In this document: positions 1 through 9,964 of the stretch, piece by piece
How the letters are laid out: every line of letters starts with the position of its first letter
Position numbering within the stretch: position 1 is the first letter of the stretch
Source of the DNA: a virus
Lineage: Duplodnaviria > Caudoviricetes
IMG/VR virus record: IMGVR_UViG_3300014059_000006
Span: 32,001 to 96,000 of that record
Strand: one strand, 5' to 3'
Length of the DNA stretch: 64,000 bases
Translations under genes and position numbers: made by a program
The notes under the pieces: model-generated
The model's database searches: none
The model's input: the letters and a program-made list of their open reading frames with translations, nothing else
Told to the model about the DNA's origin: nothing

Positions 1-2
1 AA

Positions 3-1442
3 GTGTTGTTTGGTGAAGAAGCAGGTAAGAACCCCACATTAGATAAAACCCATAACTTTGTTACTTCTAACGTTGCGTTAGGAGGGGCAGTGACGGGATT
101 GATAATTTATTCAGGTGCTGTAGGAGAATTGACTAAATGCGACCCATTAAAGAAATTTATTACAAAACCTAGAGAAAATGATTTCCTTACTTGTCCGAAT
201 AGAATAGATGATGATATAGATTTTGGTTTAGAGGTTGGATTCTTTGCTCCTGAATGGTGGAATTTTGTGTCAATAGATGAAGCATCTGGGGAAAAAATAT
301 ATTGTTTTGATACTAACGGAAATACCAATAAAGAACAGGCATTAGAATTAATTGCTAAATTAAGAGTTAAAGCTCAAGAAGCATCACCCGAGGATTTTAG
401 ATATTATTGTTCTCAGCGTCCATTATCTATTAAGGAAGCTTTTGACTTTAGAAAAGAATCTATATTTCCACAAGGTCTTTTGACTCGTCAAGAATATAGA
501 ATAGATAGAGGAGACTATCCATACACATTACATGATATAGAACGAGGGGCAGATGGTAAACCAATATTAACTATTAATCGTCACGATGAAATAACAGAAT
601 TTCCATACCACCCTAAAAAAGATATCATCCCTTATGGGTGTATCAAAGTGTGGGAGAAACCGATACCGGGTGCTAAATGGGGAACTTATCTGGCAGCAGT
701 CGACCCTATTATGGTGGACATAACCTCTACATCTGAATCTTTATTTTCTGTGGTTATATATAGGAACCTAACCGAAGAACTTTATACAGAAGGGGAAGAT
801 AGTAAAGTTAAATTATCTGGAGATAGAATTGTGGCTTCTTATATCGGAAGAAAAAAGGACATTCATACAACCAATGAAGTTGCAGAACTTTTGTTAGAGT
901 ATTACGATGCATTTGCAGTGGTGGAAAATAACGTAGAAAACTTTGTTCGTCATATGATTTCTAAACAGAAACAAAAGTATATGGCTACAAAATCTGACCT
1001 ACCATTCTTAAAAGAAATAGATACCAATAACACCTCTTATCAGGAATACGGAGTAAAAACCAATCCGACAATGTGGGGACATTATATAAATAAAATTTTA
1101 GAATACATAAAAGAAGAAACTGGAGAACGTCAGAAAACAGATGGTAGTGCCCTTAGTAAAATATATGGGGTGGAAAAAATACCAGATAAAAGATTGACAA
1201 AAGAACTTTTAGCCTTCACAGATATCAAAGGTAACTATGACCAAATAATAACGTTTGCATTAGTTTTGGCATTGGCTAAAGCTAGACAGATGAATGGTCT
1301 TACGTCAAAGGTTGATAAACGAACAGACATAAAAGTAGATAAGAATTTATATAAAATGGAACGAAACCTATTTAAAAATATAGGAAAGGGTCAAGGAGAA
1401 ATTAATGTACGTCCTAGACAACCATTTCGTAATCTCGTATAA
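3..1442 (+). CDS. terL: Terminase large subunit, C-terminal part (ORF open at window start)
   Basis: Walker-B-like LFGEEAG at the start, RNase H-like nuclease motif YLAAVDPI, VVENN motif and C-terminal GNYDQI; lies directly upstream of portal and capsid genes. Confidence 0.9.
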   Translation: MLFGEEAGKNPTLDKTHNFVTSNVALGGAVTGLIIYSGAVGELTKCDPLKKFITKPRENDFLTCPNRIDDDIDFGLEVGFFAPEWWNFVSIDEASGEKIYCFDTNGNTNKEQALELIAKLRVKAQEASPEDFRYYCSQRPLSIKEAFDFRKESIFPQGLLTRQEYRIDRGDYPYTLHDIERGADGKPILTINRHDEITEFPYHPKKDIIPYGCIKVWEKPIPGAKWGTYLAAVDPIMVDITSTSESLFSVVIYRNLTEELYTEGEDSKVKLSGDRIVASYIGRKKDIHTTNEVAELLLEYYDAFAVVENNVENFVRHMISKQKQKYMATKSDLPFLKEIDTNNTSYQEYGVKTNPTMWGHYINKILEYIKEETGERQKTDGSALSKIYGVEKIPDKRLTKELLAFTDIKGNYDQIITFALVLALAKARQMNGLTSKVDKRTDIKVDKNLYKMERNLFKNIGKGQGEINVRPRQPFRNLV

Positions 1443-1489
1443 AAACATTATATTATAGTAGACAATAGTGTCATAACATAAATTAAAAA

Positions 1490-4240
1490 ATGAAAATACT
1501 TTCTTCAATGGACTTGGTAAAGGGGAGAACCTCCGATGCCAAATATGCAACCGGTTTGATTCAACCGATTCAAATGTTAAAAAAAGAAGACAAGACGGAA
1601 GCGTGGGCAAAACGTTCTGTAGATTGGTTTGAACAACTGGGAATAAAACAATTAAAAAGTAAGTATGAACGGATTGTTAAAAATTATAAATTAGCAAGAG
1701 GTATAGTTGATAAAACAGATTATATTAAAAATACCGAAAACGAATATAATAATGTAATTTCTTCTTTACTGAGTGAAGGTGAAAATACAGATGCCCTATC
1801 GTTAGATAACTTCCCTATTATTACTAACGTAATAAATGTATTGATGGGAGAGTTTGCAAAAGCCCCTCAAAATATTTCTGTTGAGGCGGTCGATGCATTT
1901 ACACAAAATGAAAAATTAAATGCTAAATATGAAGAAGTTAAGACATACGCTACACAAAAGGCCAAAGCAAAACTTCTCAATGCATTAATTCAAGATGGAT
2001 ATCAAATAAAATCTCAAGAAGAGTATGCAGAAATAGAAAAACAAATAAACGAACAAGTAAAGTCTCTTCCTGAAATACAAGAAACCTATCGTAAAAATTA
2101 CAGAACTTCTGTAGAACAATGGGCACAACATCAGTTAAAAATAGATGAGTCACGTTTTGATATGTATGAATTAGAACAACAAGCATTCTATGACTACTTA
2201 GTAACTGACTCTGAATATTGGCATATAGATTTAAGAGAAGATGATTATAAAGTGAGTATATGGCCACCAGATAAAACTTTTTGTTTAAAATCACCACAGA
2301 CAAAATATGTTTCAGAAAGCGATTGTGTAGGAACTGTTTGGATGATGACCATTTCTGATGTTATAGATTCCTTTGGGTATCTGATGACAGAAGAACAAAT
2401 CCTATCTTTAGAACGTATCTTGGTAAACACGGGAACACTAATGCCATTACAAGCTGGTTCTCAAAATACAGACTATTACGATACTTCTCGTCCTTATTCG
2501 GACCAAACTCCAAACTCTGTTAATCTTCATAAATTATTAGCTTCTGACCCAGAAGGGTATCTATCACGAAATCAATCATTTTTTGAATGGATTAACACTG
2601 GGGTAACTTCTTCTCCCTTTGACAAGGGAATGGTGAGAGTGACACAATTATATTGGAAGTCACAACGAAGAGTTGCTAAATTAACAGAAGTACTTGAAGA
2701 TGGAACATTAGAAACAAGTATTGTAACAGAAGAATATGAAGTAACACAAGAACCGGTTTATGACCTTTCTTATATAAAAGAAAAAAATGCAGAGTCATTG
2801 ATTTTCGGACAACATTTAGAATGGTTCTGGATTAATCAAGTGTACGGTTGTAAGAAAATAAATCATGCGTTATATTCTAATTATGGTTCTTCTAATAATG
2901 CTCATCAACCAATCTATTTAGATTTGGGCCCAATAAAATTTCAATTCAAAGGTGAAGGAAATCTATGGGGAAATAAAATTCCTGTGGAAGGGATTACATG
3001 TACAGATGTTCGTTTAAATAAACCATTCTCTCCAGTTGATTTGATGAAACCATATCAGATTATTCATAATCTTGTAAACAATCAAATCAAAGATTTACTT
3101 ATTGACGAGATAGGAACTGTTATATTATTAGACCAAAACTATCTACCCACCTCTTCTATGGGAGAAGATTGGGGACAAAACAATTTAAGTAAGGCTTATG
3201 TTGCCATGAAGAATTTCCAAATGCTTCCTGTGGATTCCACAATGGCTAACTTAGGAGATAGAAATAGTTTTAGTCATTTTCAACAATTAAATCTAGAACA
3301 AACTAATCGTTTTATTTCTAGATTGAAAATAGCAGAATGGTCTAAGTTTGAAGCATTCGCTGCTATAGGGATTTCTCCCCAACGTTTAGGTGCTGTTACT
3401 CCTTCTGAATCTGCTACAGGAACAAACGTAGCTCTTGAGAATTCTTATACACAAACCACTTCTTTATTGGTAAATCATTCTAATTTTATTATGCCTCGTG
3501 TAAAAAATATGATGATAGAGGCGGCACAGTTTTATAATTCATCTAAACCTTCTGTTCAATTACAATATACAACAGAAGATAACGAAAACATAATGTTTGA
3601 ATTGGATGGGTATAAACTTCTTCCACGTGATATAAATGTTAAAGCTAATTACAAACCTAATACTAAAGCAGTGTTAGAGCAAATGAAACGTCTTGTTATG
3701 GAAAATAATACAACCGGTGCTACCATTTATGATTTATTAAAAATTACAACATTGAATACACCTTCGGAAGTTATAGAAGCAGCTAAAGAATCTGTAGAAC
3801 AATTCCAAGCTCAAGAACAAATTAAACGTGACCACGAACAACAAATGTTAGATAAACAACTTAAAGCAACTGCTGAACAACGTGAAAAAGAAATTGCAAT
3901 GGAAAGAGAAGAAAATCAACTAGAACGAGAAAATAATCTTGACGAAGCTACGATTAAGGCATTAGGGTTTGCTAAAGATAACGATATAAATCAGGATGCT
4001 ATACCGGATGTATTAGAAATAGAAAAACTAAAAATGTCCGGAAATCAAATCCAACAAAAGTTAAATATAGAACGTGATAAATTAAATCAAAATGCGAATC
4101 AGAAGACAAGAGAGTACATGATGAAACAAAAAGAACTTCTATCTAATGAACTTATGAAAGATAAAGAATTAAGAGTGAGAAAAGAAATATCAGATAATAC
4201 ATTAAAAGTGGCTAAAGAAAATAAACCCACCAAGAAATAA
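1490..4240 (+). CDS. Portal protein (crAss-like), 916 aa
   Basis: Follows terL; NFPIITNVINVLMGE and GISPQRLG-x6-SATG motifs typical of portals; long C-terminal coiled-coil barrel. Confidence 0.85.
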   Translation: MKILSSMDLVKGRTSDAKYATGLIQPIQMLKKEDKTEAWAKRSVDWFEQLGIKQLKSKYERIVKNYKLARGIVDKTDYIKNTENEYNNVISSLLSEGENTDALSLDNFPIITNVINVLMGEFAKAPQNISVEAVDAFTQNEKLNAKYEEVKTYATQKAKAKLLNALIQDGYQIKSQEEYAEIEKQINEQVKSLPEIQETYRKNYRTSVEQWAQHQLKIDESRFDMYELEQQAFYDYLVTDSEYWHIDLREDDYKVSIWPPDKTFCLKSPQTKYVSESDCVGTVWMMTISDVIDSFGYLMTEEQILSLERILVNTGTLMPLQAGSQNTDYYDTSRPYSDQTPNSVNLHKLLASDPEGYLSRNQSFFEWINTGVTSSPFDKGMVRVTQLYWKSQRRVAKLTEVLEDGTLETSIVTEEYEVTQEPVYDLSYIKEKNAESLIFGQHLEWFWINQVYGCKKINHALYSNYGSSNNAHQPIYLDLGPIKFQFKGEGNLWGNKIPVEGITCTDVRLNKPFSPVDLMKPYQIIHNLVNNQIKDLLIDEIGTVILLDQNYLPTSSMGEDWGQNNLSKAYVAMKNFQMLPVDSTMANLGDRNSFSHFQQLNLEQTNRFISRLKIAEWSKFEAFAAIGISPQRLGAVTPSESATGTNVALENSYTQTTSLLVNHSNFIMPRVKNMMIEAAQFYNSSKPSVQLQYTTEDNENIMFELDGYKLLPRDINVKANYKPNTKAVLEQMKRLVMENNTTGATIYDLLKITTLNTPSEVIEAAKESVEQFQAQEQIKRDHEQQMLDKQLKATAEQREKEIAMEREENQLERENNLDEATIKALGFAKDNDINQDAIPDVLEIEKLKMSGNQIQQKLNIERDKLNQNANQKTREYMMKQKELLSNELMKDKELRVRKEISDNTLKVAKENKPTKK

Positions 4241-4346
4241 ACATCGTGTAATAACTATATATGACACTTTTTATAAATATTAATAAATAACATAGTAGTA
4301 AAATTAATTTTTTTTATTATTTTTCTATTGAACTAACAAACAAAAC

Positions 4347-5531
4347 ATGTCAAATAACGCTAATTTAAAACCTGTAGACGAATCCTTTGTGGATAGTTTC
4401 TTTGGAGGTATTCTTCCAGAGGACTCTTCCATTGTGTCTGCACCAGAAATAATCGAAGAACCTGAACAAGGTTTGGAGTCGGAAAAAGAACCGGCAGTTA
4501 AAAAATCAGTATTGAGTGCTGATGAAACATTTTCTCTAGTTGAACTTATTGAAGAAGAAATAGAAGAAACAACAGGAGAGCATCCTGTTACATTTAAAAA
4601 ATCACAACCTACATCTTCTGAAATTAATACACAAATAAATTCTCTTATTGAAGAAGGTGTGTTATTTGGTTTTGATGACGACAAATTTGAAGTGAAAACT
4701 ACAGAGGAACTTAAAGAACTTTTGGTAGCCAATAAAGAAGAATGGAAACGTCAAGTGTTAGAAGAAGAATATGAAAAAGATTTTGCAGGTCTTCCATACG
4801 AAATGCAATATGCTGTAGAGTATGTGAAAAAAGGAGGAACTGACATGAAAGCTTTATTTAAAGCATTAAGTGAAACCCAAGAAGTACAGACTCTTGACCC
4901 AGAAAAAAATCCAAAAGATGTTTCAAGAGCTTATCTAGAGGCTACAAACTTTGGGACAGAAGAAGAAATTACAGAACAAGTAGAAGAATGGGATGATTTA
5001 GGACTTTTAGAAAAGAAAGCTAAATCTTTCAAACCAAAATTAGATAAGATTGCAGAACAAAAAATCCAAGAAAAATTAAAAGAGCAGGACGAAATAAATG
5101 CTCAACAACAACAATTAGCTCAAAAATACTATTCGAGTATTCAAGAAACTCTTAAAGCTAAAAAAATAAATGACATCGAGTTAGATGCAAAAGAACAAGA
5201 GGCCGCGTACAAAGTACTTACAGAAAATATATACACTTCTACAAGAACTGGAGCGGCAACAAACTTTTTAGGAAAATTCTTAGAAGATATAACTTGGAAC
5301 AAACCTAATTACGAATTAATGGTGGAATTAGCATTATGGGCCAAAGACCCTAACGCCTTCAAAGAAAAATTAAAAAAGATTGGAAAAGAAGAAGGAGTGG
5401 CTGCCACTGAAAAATTGTTACGAACAAACAAACCAAATATTAAATCACAAGAACTTCCAGAAAGTACACCAAAAACCACAATAGGTAGAAATACTATTGG
5501 TAGAATGGGTTCTGGACTTTTAAAACGTTAA
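4347..5531 (+). CDS. Acidic helical protein, probable capsid scaffold/assembly protein
   Basis: Very Glu/Lys-rich and helical, basic C-terminus, located between portal and major capsid gene as in crAss-like capsid modules. Confidence 0.6.
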   Translation: MSNNANLKPVDESFVDSFFGGILPEDSSIVSAPEIIEEPEQGLESEKEPAVKKSVLSADETFSLVELIEEEIEETTGEHPVTFKKSQPTSSEINTQINSLIEEGVLFGFDDDKFEVKTTEELKELLVANKEEWKRQVLEEEYEKDFAGLPYEMQYAVEYVKKGGTDMKALFKALSETQEVQTLDPEKNPKDVSRAYLEATNFGTEEEITEQVEEWDDLGLLEKKAKSFKPKLDKIAEQKIQEKLKEQDEINAQQQQLAQKYYSSIQETLKAKKINDIELDAKEQEAAYKVLTENIYTSTRTGAATNFLGKFLEDITWNKPNYELMVELALWAKDPNAFKEKLKKIGKEEGVAATEKLLRTNKPNIKSQELPESTPKTTIGRNTIGRMGSGLLKR

Positions 5532-5559
5532 ACTTAAAAAAATAAATAAATAAATAATA

Positions 5560-7173
5560 ATGGCAACACCTGTATTAAACAATGGGATTTTTCTTAGAGA
5601 TATTAAGATTCCTTCATTGGGTTCGCACTTAGACAGTGCTCATTTACTCAACATGCAACAAGAGTCTGCGGACGACATGGGTATTATTGACCTTTGGGCA
5701 ATGAAGCAAAAGAAAGAAGCTCCATTGTATACAATGTCAAGTTTTGGCGGTAAGAATACAATCTTCACCGAAAACCAAAAATACACATGGAAAGTTCCGG
5801 TTCAAAGTACCCACCCTTATATCGTAGAAGATATAATTCCTGGGGAAATTAACAAACCTGGTTCAGGAGGAAAGACTTTCCAAATCAAACTTAATGACAA
5901 CATTTGTGGTCACGGTGCTATCATCACGTATGATAAGTATAACGGATTAGAAATGGTTGTTACTGAAGACCCTATTCTACCTGTAGTAGACGGGTACATT
6001 TACACTGTACGTCTGGTTAACAACAAAACTGGTCAGTACATTGACCGTAAGTATTTAACTGGTGGTACATTCATCTTCGTTAAGGGTTCTGTTCGTACTG
6101 AACATGACACCATGTTTAACGACCGTAAATTTGACGCTGGTGGATACCGTGAATTCTTCAACTATGTAGGTACTGCTCGTGCCAACTCTTCTTATACAGT
6201 TTCTGATAAGGCTGCTGTAATGGGAATGCCAGAAGAAATCACTGAGATTTACAAACTAAACGATACTTTGGACCCTAACGTTCAAACTATTGAAGACCTT
6301 GTAAAACTTAAAGGTAAAGCTTACATGAAAGACATGGCTAAAGAAGGTAAACTATCTTACGCTTGGTTGCGTAAATTAGATGGTGTACATGCTTCTGCTG
6401 TATTGAAAGACATTGAGAATTACTTAATGTGGGGACAAGGTGGATGGTTACGTGGTAACATGGGACCAAACGATGTTTACCTACCTGTTGGATTGTGGAA
6501 ACAATTGGATAATGGATATAAGGTTGTTTATACAAGAGAAACATTTACTTTCTCTATGTTTGAGAACCATATCTTCAACTTCTTCAACGGTAAGGTTGAC
6601 TTTGACGGACCTGATTCTTCACGTAAACTTATGGTTCAAACCGGTAAAGCTGGTATGAAACTTATCCATAATGCAATCATGAAAGAAGTTAATGGTTCTG
6701 GTATGTTACTTAATGCCACAGATGTTGGGGCATTGTCTGGTGACAGAATGAATCTTGAATGGGGATATAGCTATACTAAATTGAAAATTCCTTTCTTAGC
6801 GAATCTTGAATTTGTATACAATCCTGCATTTGATACTATCAATAACAACGATATTGAAAACCCAATGATTGAAGGATACCCTTCAAGTTCATATAGCTTT
6901 ATTGTATTTGATTACAATTATGAGCAAGGTTCTGACAATATTAAATTATTGAAATGGGCTCCTGGAAAAGACGTAGCTACTTCTGATATTAGATGGTGGC
7001 ACCAAAACGGAACTTTCGATTACTACGGTAAACGTTCAGGTTTCGCTTCTTCAGGAAATTTCTCTGGATACAAAGTGTTCTTTGAAATGAACTACCCTGC
7101 TATTTGGGTTCAAGACCCAACTAAGATTTTGAAATTCTCAATCAAGAACCCTAAAACAGGTTTCTCATTGTAA
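5560..7173 (+). CDS. Major capsid protein (crAss-like, HK97 fold), 537 aa
   Basis: Position in module; IENYLMWGQGG, GLWKQL, VQTGKAG and IWVQDPTK motifs; highly expressed codon bias (AAC/TTC/CGT); followed by a strong terminator. Confidence 0.85.
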   Translation: MATPVLNNGIFLRDIKIPSLGSHLDSAHLLNMQQESADDMGIIDLWAMKQKKEAPLYTMSSFGGKNTIFTENQKYTWKVPVQSTHPYIVEDIIPGEINKPGSGGKTFQIKLNDNICGHGAIITYDKYNGLEMVVTEDPILPVVDGYIYTVRLVNNKTGQYIDRKYLTGGTFIFVKGSVRTEHDTMFNDRKFDAGGYREFFNYVGTARANSSYTVSDKAAVMGMPEEITEIYKLNDTLDPNVQTIEDLVKLKGKAYMKDMAKEGKLSYAWLRKLDGVHASAVLKDIENYLMWGQGGWLRGNMGPNDVYLPVGLWKQLDNGYKVVYTRETFTFSMFENHIFNFFNGKVDFDGPDSSRKLMVQTGKAGMKLIHNAIMKEVNGSGMLLNATDVGALSGDRMNLEWGYSYTKLKIPFLANLEFVYNPAFDTINNNDIENPMIEGYPSSSYSFIVFDYNYEQGSDNIKLLKWAPGKDVATSDIRWWHQNGTFDYYGKRSGFASSGNFSGYKVFFEMNYPAIWVQDPTKILKFSIKNPKTGFSL

Positions 7174-7188
7174 GAGAAAAATAATTAT

Positions 7189-7227
7189 ACCTGTAGTGTG
7201 GAATTTCTGCACTACAGGTTATTTTTT
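7189..7227 (+). terminator. Rho-independent terminator after major capsid gene
   Basis: ACCTGTAGTG...CACTACAGGT perfect 10-bp stem followed by TATTTTTT. Confidence 0.85.
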
Positions 7228-7252
7228 ACTTTATAAAACAAATAAATAAATA

Positions 7253-8077
7253 ATGGGAAAATTTAAATCTCGTACTCCAGACCCTTTTGCAAGAACTGCG
7301 GAAGACATGGGTATTGCAAAAATAGGACACGTAAATAACTTAGATAGACGTGTCACTACACTTGAATCAGGTATAGCTGAAAATGAATTCCTTGGTGTAA
7401 ATGGGACAGTTGCTGCTCCCGGTATTGCTATAGGTGCTGCCGATACAGGTTTATATAAAGTGTCTGCCACTCAAACAGGGTTTGCTCAGGATGGTGCATT
7501 AGTTGCTACTTTTGATACTTCAGGATTTACTGCAGATTCTGTAAGAGCTCGTGTAGCTTTGGGTACTACACCTGTAGCTACAGTGTCTATTGTGGAATAC
7601 TCTAATGGAAAAGATGTAACAACTGTTCTAACACTTACTGATTTTATCGTGGGTGCATTGGCAGGAGCTGCTGCAGCATTGGGTGTAGGTAATATTGTTT
7701 ATGCTTTTCCTGCTGGACAACATTTTGAATTAGTAAATGCTCTATCTGCTATTTCATTAAAATGTGCTGGTACAGCAAAAGCTACTGACACTGGTTTAGG
7801 TTCTGTAATTGCTTCAGGTGCTGTTGCAACATTAGACGGAACTGCTACATTTGAAGACCGTTTAACTGGTCAAACTATAACTACTGGTACAACTGGTGGT
7901 ACTGCCGTTTCTGCTTTAACTGCTACTACAGCAGGTATTGGAACAGGTATATCACTTAATGGTACATCAAGTGTAAAAAATGTATTTTTAAATTCTGCAG
8001 CCACATGGTCTGCTAATAATACTGGAAATTTAACTGCTTCAGGAACAATTGTTCTGAAGTGGACTAAAATGTCCTAA
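7253..8077 (+). CDS. Ala/Gly/Thr-rich virion protein, probable head decoration/fibre protein
   Basis: Composition, short N-terminal coiled coil (LDRRVTTLE), beta-rich C-terminal domain, immediately after the capsid gene. Confidence 0.5.
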   Translation: MGKFKSRTPDPFARTAEDMGIAKIGHVNNLDRRVTTLESGIAENEFLGVNGTVAAPGIAIGAADTGLYKVSATQTGFAQDGALVATFDTSGFTADSVRARVALGTTPVATVSIVEYSNGKDVTTVLTLTDFIVGALAGAAAALGVGNIVYAFPAGQHFELVNALSAISLKCAGTAKATDTGLGSVIASGAVATLDGTATFEDRLTGQTITTGTTGGTAVSALTATTAGIGTGISLNGTSSVKNVFLNSAATWSANNTGNLTASGTIVLKWTKMS

Positions 8078-8083
8078 AGGTAT

Positions 8084-8153
8084 TGCGGGATAGTTCTGGT
8101 GAACTAAGGGGACTCATTACCCTCTCAGGTCGGTTCGATTCCCACTCCCGCAA
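8084..8153 (+). tRNA. Degenerate tRNA-like element, CAT anticodon (Met/Ile2-like), possibly a pseudo-tRNA
   Basis: Acceptor stem TGCGGGA/TCCCGCA, D arm GTTC-TGGT-GAAC, anticodon loop CTCATTA, T arm GTCGG-TTCGATT-CCCAC; mismatches in anticodon and T stems; no encoded CCA. Confidence 0.65.
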
Positions 8154-8170
8154 CAAACAAACAACTAACG

Positions 8171-9160
8171 ATGACAACAATAACAAAACAAAACAAAATC
8201 TCTCCGCCTTCTTTAGATTTAACTAAAAAAGTTTCAATTAGACAGTATGTAGACCCTGAAGTATTTAACATGGGTATGGAAAAATACAACATGTCTGTAT
8301 TCTCAGGTGAAAATGGTTCCGGTGGAATTTATGAAAGTCTAGGGTATAAAGAAATAGGTAACAAAAAAATCTATTTGACAGGTTTGGACCCTCATGCGGA
8401 TTCAGTGAGAAGACTTCCTGATGATGAACGTGAGCAAAAAGAACTTGAAATTCGTGCAGTACTTGACCATTTAGAAAGAGTACATGATGCTGAAACACTT
8501 TCTTCTCAAAATTCAGACTTCTGGAGTACACATAGTTTGGAATTAAAAAAACCAACTTTTGATTTAAACTTGAAAGACGATAGAGACTTAATCATTTATT
8601 ATAATATTTTAGGTGGTGGGTATTCTGAAATTGCACCTTCTTTTCAAGTTGCGAAAGAATCAAATAAAATTTATAAGTTTTATTTACACGTAGATGCCGA
8701 AGTTTCTGATATCAAAACAGAAATTACCAAATTACGAAATAAATCAAGAGCTATCCTTGAGGAATTAGATGATGAAGATTTTGAAACAATGTTTAAATTA
8801 GCAAAACTTCTTCTTCCTATAGAAAAAGGATTGACAAGAAAAACTGCAAAATCTCTAATCTATTCTGAATTAGATGCATTCATTAACGGTGATTATTCAC
8901 AAAACGCCAAAAAAGAAGCACCTAAGCGATTCTTAGAATACGCACGTAAAGACAAGGCAACCTTGAATATGGAAGCAATCGTAAGAGAAGCTTTATATCA
9001 CCGTATCATAGAACAAAACAAAGAACAAATGTTCTGGAATGCTGGTACTCAAGTTACTTACGGACGTAACGAAAATGAAATAATCGCCTTCCTTAACAAC
9101 CCGATAAATAATGACGAACTCCTAATTATTATGGATAAAGTCACTAAGTATTGGAAATAA
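8171..9160 (+). CDS. Conserved crAss-like capsid-module protein, function unknown
   Basis: 329-aa ORF between capsid and ring genes, the position of a conserved crAss-like structural-module gene. Confidence 0.5.
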   Translation: MTTITKQNKISPPSLDLTKKVSIRQYVDPEVFNMGMEKYNMSVFSGENGSGGIYESLGYKEIGNKKIYLTGLDPHADSVRRLPDDEREQKELEIRAVLDHLERVHDAETLSSQNSDFWSTHSLELKKPTFDLNLKDDRDLIIYYNILGGGYSEIAPSFQVAKESNKIYKFYLHVDAEVSDIKTEITKLRNKSRAILEELDDEDFETMFKLAKLLLPIEKGLTRKTAKSLIYSELDAFINGDYSQNAKKEAPKRFLEYARKDKATLNMEAIVREALYHRIIEQNKEQMFWNAGTQVTYGRNENEIIAFLNNPINNDELLIIMDKVTKYWK

Positions 9161-9170
9161 CTAAACATTC

Positions 9171-9878
9171 ATGAACGTCTCTCTCATCTTAGTAAAAGTA
9201 AAAGCGCGTCTTAATAAAGTCGATAGTTCAGACTATGATAATATTGAGACACCTTTTATTATAGAAGCTTTTAACAAAGCCCAAAGAGATTGGTGTAGGC
9301 GACAGTTATATGGTGCAAACCAATATAAAGAATCTTCTGAACAAACTAAACACAAAGTAAGTGATTTACAATTACTCTTAACATCTGTTTCCTTACCGGG
9401 AACTAATTTAGGAAATGTTCCTTATTTTGAATCTAACACTGTTCCGTCTGACTTATTAAAGTTTGAAAAAGTTTCTGCAAAAGCAAAAACCAAACAATGT
9501 ACAAAAGGAAAAGTTATGGTGGTGAAGTTTATAGAAGAAGCTAATTCTGATGTTTGGTTACAAGATTGGGCATTGAAACCTTCGTTTGAATGGGGAACTA
9601 CATTTAATACAATCCTATCTAATAAAGTAAGGGTATATCACGGAAACGAGTTTGAAGTGGTTTCTCCAATTACTTTTACTTACTATCGTCAACCTAAAGA
9701 TATATCTGTAGATGGTATTGAAGATATTGATGGTGTACAACATGGGAATATCAATCCAGAGTTTTCGGACGATATTGTAGAATTACTTATTGACGAAACC
9801 GTTTCGATTTTGTCAGGAGACATAGAATCATTTAATGTTCATTCTATAACAGAAAAACGAAAAGAATACAATAATTAA
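9171..9878 (+). CDS. Tail ring / head-tail connector protein
   Basis: FNKAQ...DL-x-LL, YYRQP and ELLIDETV patterns resemble crAss-like ring proteins; gene order. Confidence 0.6.
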   Translation: MNVSLILVKVKARLNKVDSSDYDNIETPFIIEAFNKAQRDWCRRQLYGANQYKESSEQTKHKVSDLQLLLTSVSLPGTNLGNVPYFESNTVPSDLLKFEKVSAKAKTKQCTKGKVMVVKFIEEANSDVWLQDWALKPSFEWGTTFNTILSNKVRVYHGNEFEVVSPITFTYYRQPKDISVDGIEDIDGVQHGNINPEFSDDIVELLIDETVSILSGDIESFNVHSITEKRKEYNN

Positions 9879-9901
9879 AAAAATATTAAAAAAAAAATAA
9901 A

Positions 9902-9933
9902 TTTGTTTATTTCAAATAAAATCTCTATATTAA
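9902..9933 (+). promoter_or_regulatory. Putative phage promoter TTTG-N20-TATATTAA
   Basis: One of five intergenic copies of TT(T/A)G-N20-TAT(A/C)TT(A/T)(A/T) with identical spacing. Confidence 0.5.
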
Positions 9934-9964
9934 ACTTGTAACTTTAATTTAAAAACACAAAAAA

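Noticed and set aside
1467-4268. 9-bp inverted repeat AGTGTCATA / TATGACACT flanking the portal gene
   Set aside because: Too short to distinguish from chance, no recombinase nearby, and inversion of the portal gene is implausible; an operator role cannot be excluded
3-7173. Introns or inteins in terminase, portal or capsid genes
   Set aside because: ORFs are continuous, of expected size, and show no intein splice motifs or embedded endonuclease in the visible part
8084-8153. Selenocysteine or opal-suppressor tRNA (TCA can be read in the loop; Sec-like D arm)
   Set aside because: No long variable arm, and the TCA register would lack the invariant U33; the CAT register fits better
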